Shown here: positions 53,691-64,000 of the stretch, one piece after another
How the letters are laid out: the number at the start of each line of letters is the position of its first letter
Position numbering within the stretch: position 1 is the stretch's first letter
Source: Stegostoma tigrinum
Taxonomy: Eukaryota
NCBI RefSeq assembly: GCF_030684315.1
Contig: NC_081400.1
Location: 8,251,464-8,315,463, forward strand
Length of the DNA: 64,000 bases
Direction: 5' to 3'
Program-made: the position numbers and the translations under genes
The notes under the pieces: model-generated
Told to the model about the DNA's origin: nothing
The model's database searches: none
The model's input: the letters and a program-made list of their open reading frames with translations, nothing else

Positions 53691-54029
53691 CTGTTATAAA
53701 CAACTTTGATCCATTTCCCACTTTGTAGGGCTCTCCATAAAGTTCTCTGGCTGCACAGAAATAGTGACCTGAATCATTTCTCTGGACATCCCGAATGACA
53801 AGGGTATAAATAGTTGAGTCGTCGTTAATTTTTCCAGAAAATCTTCTATCAGGAACAAAGTGCTTGTGCACAATGTAAACAAGTTGCAGATGTTCTTGTA
53901 GCTGTTGTTTATACCAGTGAACACCTCCACTTGTGTAACAACTAGTGTAGCAATTCAGCATTACTGTGCTTCCAATGGAAACTGTTTGTACTGGAGGAGT
54001 CTGTGGGAGAGTTTTCTGAACAGCAGTAA
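53691..54029 (-). CDS. Non-rearranging VJ-C1 IgSF receptor, exon 2 (germline-joined VJ domain)
   Basis: Acceptor TGTTCTGTTTTATTAG, donor ACAG|GTAAG, 339 nt, phase 1-1. V-set hallmarks: B-strand Cys (VMLNC), WYKQ, RFSG, YTLVIRDVQRNDSGHYFC, and a J-like G strand YKVGNGSKLFIT in the same exon. Confidence 0.92.
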
Positions 54030-54468
54030 CTAATAAAACAGAACACGTCACAAGTAATACAGACTTTGCAAAAATGGAATGAATCAAGGGAAACCTGGGT
54101 GGGATGAAGGGAGAAAGGAGGAGAGTAACTAAACTCATATTTGTATGAATCTAGGAAAACTGGTTGACAATTTCGCTCAATGGAAGATTCTGAAAACAAC
54201 AATTGCATAATAAACATATAATCTATATTCATCATTTCGGTAAAGAGATGTGTATTAGTCTAGAATGCTATGTAGATTCATCAGTGTATTTGTTTTTCTT
54301 CATCCCAATAGTATCAAAGAGATGTGGATGGTTGGTTAATTTTACACCATTTCAGATAATACAGTTCCTCAATATGTTAAAGTTAAAGACACTTTGTGTT
54401 CCACTAGTTGAAACTACCCATTTACTTTACTCTGCAAGTAGTCTGGAATAAAAGCATAAAAATCTAAC

Positions 54469-54511
54469 CTGGCATCAGACTGAAAAGTGTACCGATACAG
54501 AAGATATTCAT
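54469..54511 (-). CDS. Non-rearranging VJ-C1 IgSF receptor, exon 1 (split leader)
   Basis: AAAACA-ATG context; MNIFCIGTLFSLMP, then phase-1 donor CCAG|GTTAGA. Splicing to the V exon completes the signal peptide MNIFCIGTLFSLMPVTAV-QKTL, a split-leader arrangement as in Ig/TCR V genes (439-nt intron). Confidence 0.78.
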
Positions 54512-54679
54512 TGTTTTCAAACAATCTTCTCACTCTGATCTTCACACTGCCTGCTTCTGTTCTTTTTTCTCCTAATGCCCAACCTTGAGGCGCCACATGC
54601 TGAAAAGCACAACCGTCAAAATGATGTACTGCGTTTACAAATAGCTGAGTGGAAACAGTACAGCAATGCACAGGATCGT

Positions 54680-54782
54680 TGTGGGTTTCCTGTTTACACG
54701 ATAAACATCCATGTATAATTTTTTCTGCAAAGGTCAGTTGTTAACTATTGGGTTTCAATATGTTAGAAAGGTGGTTTGCGGT
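54680..54782 (-). promoter_or_regulatory. Candidate promoter motifs of the VJ-C1 gene (FOX:ETS composite, RUNX-like sites)
   Basis: GTAAACAGGAAA on the - strand at 54697-54686, about 175 nt upstream of the leader ATG. RUNX-like TGTGGG (54680-54685), GGTGGTTT (54770-54777) and TGCGGT (54777-54782). Motif match only. Confidence 0.35.
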
Positions 54783-55789
54783 ACAAAATGAGAATAAAAA
54801 TAACTGTTCTACACCGAATTTTGTAAGGGTCATAAGAAGTGGCCTGGCACTAAACATTTTGCATTGGTCCAGAACATAGCCATTTTGAACCTTGTGCATG
54901 AATGACGGAAATCATCATGTTTTGGAACAAAATTGTGTCTGTCTTTTAGTAACTTGTCACGCAGAACATAGCCTGCCTCATTTCATTTTCCATCTGCTCT
55001 TTGTTCCCCTGATCTGGTGTTGAATGTTAGTCAATGGATAAAAGATTAGCTTGAGAGGAAGAATATCTTTATTTGATGCGTTCCTCCAAAATTTTGAACA
55101 CAATGTAAAAGACAGTCGCAATGTTTAGGGTACAGATGTGCTGTACTTGTAAAGGTATTCTTTCACCTGGGATATTAAATCGATACAGCCTACTTGGCTT
55201 TTCAGTTATCATAAAATATCATATTAAAACTGCATTTTCGAAATTATCAGGAGAGTTTCTACAATTTTCCTGTACATAATATCCCCATAACACAATTTGG
55301 AGGAAGAGCCTTTGGTTATTGGCTGTCATTGTTTGCACAAACTTGCTTTGTAAATGTTTGCTATCATATAATCAGCATTAAGAAAGTGGTGACGTATTAT
55401 TTCTACTCTTCATGTCTTTATGACATTTGAGTCACTGTCGCTGTCTAAATACAGGTCCTCATCAATTGTCCTATATGTTTCTCTCTATCTCGTTGATAAC
55501 CATTGCTGTCAACGTGGAAGCTGCTGGAGTGGAAAATGACATAGAAATCTGTGGTTGAACTCTGCATAATTTGTTTGACTTTGCTTGCTTAGTTACAGAA
55601 AACAATACAAGTCACAATTAAGTAGCCAACCGTTTATACTTTGGATTAAGTATTGTCTAAATTGTTTAATTGCCTGTGACAAGTGTGCAAATATGCACAT
55701 AAGTCTGCATATGAAAAATTAATCTCAATACAGAATACAAGTGGAACATAAAATGATTGTTATGCGTGTTAAATAAGTTCTTTTTTTAA

Positions 55790-56100
55790 TTAGATTCCCT
55801 ACAGTGTGGAAACAGGCCCTTCGGCCCAACAAGTCCACACCAAGCCTCAGAGCATCGCAACCAGACCCATCCCCCTATAACCCACACACCCCTGAACACT
55901 GTGGGCAATTTAGCATTGCCAATCCATCTAGCCTGCACATCTTTGGACTGTGGGAGGAAACCGGAGCACCCGAAGAAAACCCACGCAGACACGGGGAGAA
56001 AATCAAAACTCCACACAGACACATGCCCAAGGCTGGAATAGAACCCGGGCTCCTGGTGCTGTGAGCCTGCAGTGCTAACCACTGAGCTACCGTGCCGCCC
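55790..56100 (-). mobile_element. HE1-type SINE, relatively young
   Basis: Reverse complement starts GGGCGGCACGGTAGCTCAGTGGTTAGCACTGC…CCGGGTTCTATTCC. Confidence 0.9.
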
Positions 56101-56899
56101 AAATAATATAATAGGCTTCAAGTAAAAGTACTGTCAGAGTAAGAAGCCTCTGTAGGATTTTGTTATTTGACAAATAGATGCACGAATGAAAAATGCTGGA
56201 ATAACAATAAATTCTGCGTAGCGGAAAATAAGTAACAGAAATTTTGAGACATAGTCATGCCGTTTCTAAGACAATGAATTGATTGTTCGAATATACGACA
56301 GAATAAAATTCAGCCGAGTGCTAAAATGAACATGGATAAAGTATATGAGATTTAAGGTAAAAACATGAAACAATATATTTGTTGTTATCAAATAACTTTA
56401 TATTTCTAACCAGAAAGTGAGCAATAACGTTCCAATTGGTCTTCGGATGAATATAATGACAGCGATTTTTTAATGCTAAAGTTTCATGAATGATGTCGGT
56501 GCTTGTTGTATAGGGAAAGACAATGCTAAGAAGGGAAATAACTGTAGAATAATTTGATGTTTTAATACGTAAACAAATAATAAAATAACATCTTGTGATC
56601 AAAATGAGCCATAGCCAAATAAATTCTGCTGTACACATATTTGTTTCAGCATGAATCTGTAAACTACCTTTTCTGCCTTTTCCCAATTTCCCTCCATATG
56701 AAGCAAGCACTGTAATTCAGTCACCGCACTGACAATTCTTTAACACATTTCAACTGTCAATTCAAATCATTATCAATACTCCATTCAAAATAAACCTGAA
56801 TGGCCGTTTTCTTCAGATAAGGCCCGGTTGACCTTCAAATTATTCCTTAAAAATGTCTGAGAATAATGCAAAAATTGGTTGAACTTTTTCACAGGATAC

Positions 56900-57930
56900 T
56901 CAAGCAGATTACTCAAGCCTGATAGATTCACACACGTGGAATCATACCTGACAACGTCCCAGACACTACAATTACAATGTCTGGGTAGATCCTGTCCCTC
57001 GCCAGTGTAGCAATATACAGTAGGGAGGATGTTGCCCTCAACATTGACAACAGAGACCAGGATGTGTCACAGCTTCAGGTTAAACATGGCAAATGAAATC
57101 TCCTGCTCATTACCGCCTATTGCTCTCCCTCAACTTACAAATCAATCCTCCTCTATGTTTAACAACGCTCATAGGAAGTACTGAGATTGGCATGGTTATA
57201 GACTGTACTCTGGGCGAGGGATTTCAGTGTCCCTCACCACCTCTGTTTTAATAGTAGGACTACAGGTCGCCTGGTCGAGGTGAAAAGGAAATGGCTGTTA
57301 AACTTTGTCTTCAGCCAATGGTGATGGAACCAGCAACAGGGAAAAGCATACTTGTCCTCATTCTTTTCCGTCTGCAAACTGCAAATGCATCTCTCATTGA
57401 CAGTACTGATCAAAGAGCACACTTCTTATAGAAATGAAGTCGACAGAATCTTGATCCATTGAGAATACCCTTCACTATATTGTGCGCCAGTACCCCCGTG
57501 TTAAGTGGGACAGGGTCGATAAAATCAAGACTGTGCAACCGTGGAGTGCTGTGGGCCAGCAACAGCGGCAGAATTGTACTCCCCAACACAAACTGCAAAA
57601 TCATATTCTAGCATATTCCACTGCCATTAGCTCGTGGAATCAGCCCTTGTTCAATGGAGGTGCAGAAGGGCATGTTAGGAGATCAAAAGCCATTTTTAAA
57701 AACTGATATGTCAAACTGGTGAAGTTACCGAGCCTGCATGCCAAACAACATTCGCAAATTGACAGTCGGAGCTAAGCGATTGCACAATCAATTGATCAGA
57801 TTTAAGGTCTGCACTCCTGATACATCGAATTGTGAATGTGAGTGGGCAATTAATCAAAATACTGAAGAAGTAGGCCCTGCAGATATTCCAAGCAAATGTT
57901 CCACTGTTGGTGAATTGGATTCTATTGTTT
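56900..57930 (+). mobile_element. Decayed LINE (APE/ORF2 region) of a different CR1-related family
   Basis: Remnants resembling ESYL…PDTTI, LLITAY, GDFSV.H and QPWFN typical of LINE endonuclease/linker regions; many stops. Confidence 0.5.
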
Positions 57931-58387
57931 TCCTCTGATGTTTCGGCAGCGCTTGCAGCAGTATGGAGCAAATGATCGCTCCATTCTCAGGAATTAATTT
58001 GGACAATCAATTGGTTTTCAGAAGCTGAGATAAGCCTTGGTCCTCGAGAATTGTGTCAGTTTCCTGGGGATGGCAGCGGCTGGAGTTTCTGTACGTATGG
58101 CTTCAGCATCATTTTGGGTCCAGTCACCAGGGTCACGGGCTGCTTCAGAATGCTTTTGCCTTGGTGTTGCAGTCTTCGGAAAACTTCGGCAAATCGAGTG
58201 TGGCGGCTTGCTATAGCTACTTAGGAAATCATTCAGCCATGAATATGAAAAAAAATCAACATTTGTCTGAACTTTGTATGATTCATTTATTTTTTATAAT
58301 TAATGTAATTAAAATGGTGCTGGCTTCTGGCGACTTAGACAAACTTTTTTTTCATAAATACACGTGAAATATCTGAACAGAGACCAG

Positions 58388-59860
58388 TGTCCCGTCACCA
58401 AAAAACCCCTTATTTACATTGCACTGGCTCGGACGAGACACCTCAAAGCCAAACCCTAGACTGAAGAGACGTCTGAATCTCTTACTTATATTTGTCAGCC
58501 AGGGCTCCCAGGTTGGCCTGGTTAACAACTCCAATCAAGGATCTCTCAGTAAAAATAACAGGCCGACATCACCACCCAACCTACCCCCAAGTCGCGGAAT
58601 GTTGTCGTTTCTCTTGTAGCTTCTTCTGGGAAGTTTTCACCACAGGTACATTTTCTCTGGTTTGGCCTCGGGAAGTATGTACAGCTCAGTAGCCTGTTCT
58701 TATGCTGAGAGCGTTTCAGGAGAGTTTCCTGTTCACCTTCTCATGGTAACGTTACCAAGAATGTTTCCACCTTGAACTGTGCTTAGTGCTAGTCAGAGGG
58801 GAGCAGCCCACAGTTCCTAATAATCTTTCTGGTTGTTCTGAAGGGACAGGTATAATTTGCTCCTGCTCCATTTCCATGGTAGCAGCTTTGAGGTGATTGA
58901 TATGTTTGTTCAGGACCCAATTCACCGACCCGAACTTCGTATGGCATGGCTCCTGACCTTGCATCGATTTAGCGTCCTGCCCATGCTGGGACATTTCCAT
59001 GATTCGGGCAGCAAACTTCTTTCTCCAAAGTAAACTGCCTTTCTCTATCTTAGAGGAAGCATGTGGTTGGCTTTGGCTCTGCTGATATCGTTTAATGCTC
59101 CCCGCCAGGTACAGGAATATTATGTTTAATCTGATCAACAAATCTGCTGGAGCTATTGTGGTAGTTGCAGAGTGGTGGCTCCAGAATCACATAGGAACCC
59201 GGACAGTTTGGTATGGAGTGAAGGTGTAGGTTGTTTCTTTAAGCCCACCTTCATAGTCTTTACTTCTCTTTCTGCCAGACTATTGGACATCGTGAATGCC
59301 ATTCGACTTTAGGATGTACTCAATCGCCCTGCTGGGAAATGACACCCCATTGACCATGGCCAAAACTTCTGGGAGCCTGTGCATTGTAAATGATGCTCAC
59401 AGTTTTTCAATCATCATCCCTGACTTTGCCGAATGCGCTCTATGTACACCCAACCATTTTGAATGGGCATCAACACTCACCAGGAACATCGAGCTCATGA
59501 AACAACTTGCACGCTGGACATCGACTCCAGGTTTTACCCAGCCATTCCCATGAGTGTTGCTGGGGAAAATATTTGTCCTTGTTGACGCTCTAGGAACTGG
59601 CCTAGTACGGCAGCTATGTTGGCAACCAATCCTGGTCACCAGACATAACTTCTTTATTTTGGAAACCCCTGGATGATCCTGTTGGAGTTCAGCCAGTATC
59701 CGAAAATGATCTTTGCTTGGGACATTCAATCCTGCTCCTAATAAACCATCCTCTGCAGCGATCTGGTCCCGTCGCATCTGGAAAGGTTTCAGCCCTGCTT
59801 GTAAGGGCCAGTCTGTTTCCCCCATTTCCAGTAGCTTGTTGTTTTGCCAGAACGCGATTC
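58388..59860 (-). mobile_element. Gypsy (Mag/K02A2.6-like) integrase remnant with 3' LTR fragment
   Basis: ILAELQQDHPGVSKIK (zinc-binding region), MFLVSVDAHSKWL, VSNGVSFPS-type core; LTR-like sequence at about 58388-58545. Confidence 0.72.
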
Positions 59861-62394
59861 TTTTGAAAATAAGTTAAAATTGGAAATATATTAAGGTGTT
59901 CAGAATTACAGTGTTCTCAGGTAAAGACTGTTCTGTCGCACCAGTCTCAGGACTCACTGCAATGTACTGTCCCGGGTATTGCTACCCATGTGCTGTTGTG
60001 GGGCTTATTCTCTGCATTGCTCCAGGCTTGAGGCCCACGTGCTGCTCCAGGGCTCATTGCTCGCAATGTTCTGCGGCTCACCGGGCTTGACTGCAGGCCC
60101 CTGAGTTCAAGGCCACGCTGTTCGCTCCAGTTCTCCACTGTTTCGGCCCACCTGCTCCGGTCTGCCATGGTTCTTACCCGCTCTGGTCCTTTGCTGGCCT
60201 CAGCCTGTGCTCAAACGGGTCTTGGCCTGCTCACTCTCGCCCGTCGTGTGTGTCAGCCTGCTTGTTCCGGCCTGCCTTGGATCTTGGCCCGCTCACTCCA
60301 GCTCTCAGCAACTCTATACTCCGAAGTGGGTGAGACAAAATGGGGAAAGGTTAAAGGAAATGGTGAGCAGAGGTGTTCCAAATGGAGCATCATATTCTGC
60401 CACCATCTTTCTTCCACTATAAGGTGACCTCTCAGCCTCCGAAGTTCAAAATGTAAAAAGTCATCAAGCTATCCAGGCTTTCTTTATTACTCAAAATTTC
60501 CAGTTTCTCTAAAATCCTTGTTAATCTTTTTTTAACAACCTTTCCAATTTAATAACTTCCTCTAGCAAGGCAATCAGAATTAAACACAATTGTCACACAA
60601 ATGTGACCTTACCAATCACTTGCACACCTGTAACACGATGTCCCAACTATTCTACTTAATGCTCTGTCCAGTGAAAGCAATTGTGCCAGTTATAAAGGAA
60701 GGAGGCTGTAACAGAACTGTGCAGAAAACTGTTTCGGCCACAGATGGTGTACAGTGTACATTTCTGTTCACTGCATATTCACCCTAATGTAAGATAACAA
60801 GGTGTGAAGCTGGATGAACACAACAGGCCAAGCAGCATCTTACGAGCAGGAAAGCTGATGTCACGGGCCTAGACCCTTCTTCAGAAATTATCTCTGATAC
60901 AATCTTCACCCAAATATCGTCTGGGTTGGAGTGTTTCAGTTCTAAAGAGGCTGGATCAGCTCAGGTACTTTTCTTTTGACTGGATCAGTTTTGTGGGTCG
61001 GGATTATGGTTGTTTTAGGTATCATTGACAGGGTGAATAGATAATAACTGTTTCCCTCAAATCAAGGGCCAACAGCAAGGGGGTGTAATTGTAAAAATGA
61101 AAGGCAAGCAGTTTAATGCAAATGACAAATTTTATTCAGTGTCTGTACAAGGAGTCTAATTGCTTTCAACTATGATACAAAATAGGCTGAGCTGTTCCTT
61201 TTTTCTGCTCAAAGGAAAAACAGCAAGCAAATTTCCCTAGCTTAACCAACATTTATTGCCAATTGCTAATTATTCATGACGATGTGGTCATGAGCTACTC
61301 CTTTGAACCACTTCAGTCCACATTAGTAATGTATTTCGCCCCCAACTTAACCTTGCCATGCATTGTCACTACCTTTCCGCATCGGCTCCAATTTCCCACA
61401 TTGTGTCAATTATTCAATAGGGGACCAAATCCAGATTGGGTGTTAAATTTATGTGACAGCTCTACCCAGTCTGCGAACATGACACTGGTATTCTGCTCAT
61501 AACCTCCTTCAGTGCTCCAGTAAATCTCAATTCAACCTTCAGAAATATTTATTGACTATCTTATTGACTTCTGGTATTAAGGTTAATGGCCATTGTCCCT
61601 CATTTGGATTTTTTGTTGGGCATTCAGGTATTAGAATATTGTTTTTGATGTTTGGGGGTTTTTTCTCTATTTCAGACAGAGCTATTTCTTATGTTGATAT
61701 TTAAATTAATTCTGGACAAATACTTTTTTTTCTCTTTACAAGAATCATTGTCAATTATTTTGCTTGAATAGACATGAATTCTCTATCATTCAACCCCTTC
61801 GTTACAATACAAGGGAACAAGTTTAAAGAAGATTTGAGAGACAGATTGTTTTAAACTGAGGCAGTTAATTGCCTGGAATTGCTGTTAAATGAGGTGATGG
61901 AGGCAGATCCAGTTAGGTTTAAGATATATATTGCCAGATGTAAAAAATAAACAGGGAATAGAGGGATAAGAACAATGCAGAAGGAACTGTTTTGTAGTAT
62001 AGAAAGGAGTCATGTGTTGGAGTAGTTTGGATAGACCAAAGGGTCTGTTCGTGGTCTGTATTGTTCTCTGTCTTTGTTCTGTTTTTCAGTTCATCCATTT
62101 TACTGCCAATTGCCTATGCATTAAAATATAGAACATTGATATCTGTGTGGTTGTTGACTTGCTCATCAAGCTGGTATGTTTGTTCACAAACATTTTGTCA
62201 CATGCTAGGTAAAATCATCAGTGCACCTCCAGTGAGGTGTCAGTGTTCTGTACTGCTTGCTTTCCTAGGAGAGATAATTGCTTTTCCAATATGGTTTGAC
62301 CTTGTTTTTGTTGTTTTTTATATGTCTCAGCTTTCTGTGGTACAAATCTCATAAACATTCATAAACATCTCCCTAGCTAATGAAATAACAGATA

Positions 62395-64000
62395 AATCAT
62401 TGTATCCTCACTAGCTAGAGGGGAAGTCCTAGAGGATTGGAGAATAGCCAATATCGTTCCTTTGTTTAGGAAGGGTAGCAGGCATAATCCAGCTAATTAC
62501 GGGATGGTGAACCTTACAAATGGCAAACTCTTAAGAGTAACCTGTATGGAACTTGGTGTACAGGTACACAGGTCATTGAAAGTGACAGTGCAGATAGACA
62601 AGGTCATCAACAAGGCAGAGGATATGGTGGCCTTCATCGGTTGGGGAAGTGAGTTTAAAAATTATTGGAGAGGATTCTTCGGGAAAGGGTTTATTCCGAC
62701 TTGAGCATAAGTGGGCATATAAGTGAGAGGCGACATGGATTTGTGAAGGGGTGGTCATGTCTCACAAACTTGATTGAGTTTTTGGAGGAAGTGACTAATA
62801 GGATCAATGACGGTAGGGCAGTGGATGCTGTCTACTTGGACTTCAGTGAGGCATTTGACAATATCCCACATGGCAGGCTGACACAGAAGGTAAGGTCACA
62901 TGGCATCACAGGTGAACTTGCACGATGGATAAAATACTGGCTCGGTCATAGAAGAGAGAGGGTAGCAGTCGAAGGGTACATTTCTGAATGGTGGGCTGGG
63001 ACTAGTGGATCGGTTTTGAGACCTTTGCTATTTGTTTACATTTCTGATTTGGAGGAAAATATCACTGGTTTGGTTGGTAAGTTTGTGCATGATACAAACC
63101 TTGATGGAATTGCATATAGCAATGAGGACTGTCACAGGATACAGCTGGATAGAGATCGGTTGGTGACCTTGACAGAGAGATAGCAGATAGAGTTTAATCC
63201 GGAAAAATATATGAGGTAACGCATTTCAGAAAGTCTAATCTGGATGGAAAATGTACAGGAAATGGTAAAACCCTCAATGATACCCCTTAAGGAACTGGGT
63301 GTACAGGTACACAGGTCATTGAAAGTGACAATGCAGATAGACAAGGTCATCAACAAGGCATGTGGCACGCTTGCCTTCATCGGTCAGGGCACTGAGTTTA
63401 AAACGTAGTTGGTAATGTTGCAGGTTTATTGAACCTTAGTTCGGCTGCATTTGGAATACTGTGTTCACTTCTTCACCACAATGCCAGAAAGATATGTTGG
63501 TTTTGGAGAGATCACAGAGAAGATTTACGAGGAAGTTGCCTGGTATGGAGGGCCTTAGCTATGGGGCAATGTTGGAGAAACTTGATTTGTTCTCACTGGA
63601 ATGATGGAGGTTGAGGAGTGACCTGAAAGTGGTCTACAAGATTGTGAATGGCATGGACAGGCAGGACAGTCAGAAGCATTTTCCCAGGGTGGAAGGGTTA
63701 GTTAGCAGGAGGCATGGATTTAAGGTGCGAGGGGCAAGGTTAAAAGGTGATGTACGAGGCGTTTTTTATACAGAGGTTGGTAGGTGCCGTGAGTTCACTG
63801 CTGAGGCCGGGGAAGGGGAGGTCGTGGAAGCAGGTACGATAGTGACTTTTAAAGGAGTCTTGATAAATAAATGAATAGGATGGGAATAAAGGGATACAGT
63901 CCCTATAAGTGAAGGGGATTTTAATTGTGATGGACAGCTAGTCGGTACAAGTTTAGAGGACCTAGGGACCAGTTCCTGTGCTGCAACTTTCTTTGTTCTT
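62395..64000 (+). mobile_element. CR1-type LINE RT and 3' end (further CR1 3' remnants at about 60900-61150 and 61800-62085)
   Basis: RHGFVKGWSCLTNLIEFLEEVT, VDAVYLDFSEAFDNIPHGRL, RRHGFKVRG. Confidence 0.9.

Noticed and set aside
45533-54511. Calling the locus a conventional Ig light chain or TCR gene
   Set aside because: No RSS, no FGxG, V and C appear strongly diverged from shark IgL as I recall them, and there are downstream TM and Tyr-motif exons with no charged TM residues.
21041-56100. tRNA-like A/B box sequences
   Set aside because: These are SINE heads continuing into the HE1 body, not tRNA genes.
56568-56638. MCTAEFIWLWLILITRCYFIICL as the leader exon
   Set aside because: Only weak donors (GTATTA, GTTATT). 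The 54511-54469 exon has a better Kozak context, donor, size and position.
61116-61123. Exact octamer ATGCAAAT
   Set aside because: 6.6 kb from the leader, inside a decayed LINE fragment, and expected by chance.
1-64000. CRISPR arrays, operons or other prokaryotic systems
   Set aside because: The sequence is eukaryotic; recurring repeats are dispersed retroelements without regular spacers.

Overview
Repeat-rich vertebrate genomic DNA, almost certainly from a cartilaginous fish (HE1-type SINEs, many CR1-type LINEs and Penelope elements; carpet shark is a guess). Two spliced genes can be reconstructed by hand, and the ORF track shows only parts of them. (1) On the + strand, a two-exon class A GPCR of the GPR139-like family that is expanded in sharks: 1207-1360 + 12302-13206, 352 aa, intact. 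(2) On the - strand, an apparently intact, non-rearranging antigen-receptor-like IgSF gene spanning 54511-30946. It has a split leader, a germline-joined VJ exon with no RSS, one C1-type exon, a stalk/TM exon with a membrane-proximal Cys and no charged TM residue, and cytoplasmic exons ending in TLYAHL (ITIM/ITSM-like); about 298-310 aa. Every junction is GT-AG and phase-compatible. Read-through of the C-exon donor gives a kappa-like end (SYHRGKC*) followed by AATAAA signals, suggesting a secreted light-chain-like isoform. The rest is nested TEs: CR1 LINE fragments, HE1 SINEs, Gmr1-type (INT-before-RT) Gypsy remnants, a Rex/Babar fragment, and Penelope elements, including a young 477-bp inverted-repeat copy with a 14-bp TSD and several mini-elements with TSDs. 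All family assignments come from recognised motifs; no database search was run.
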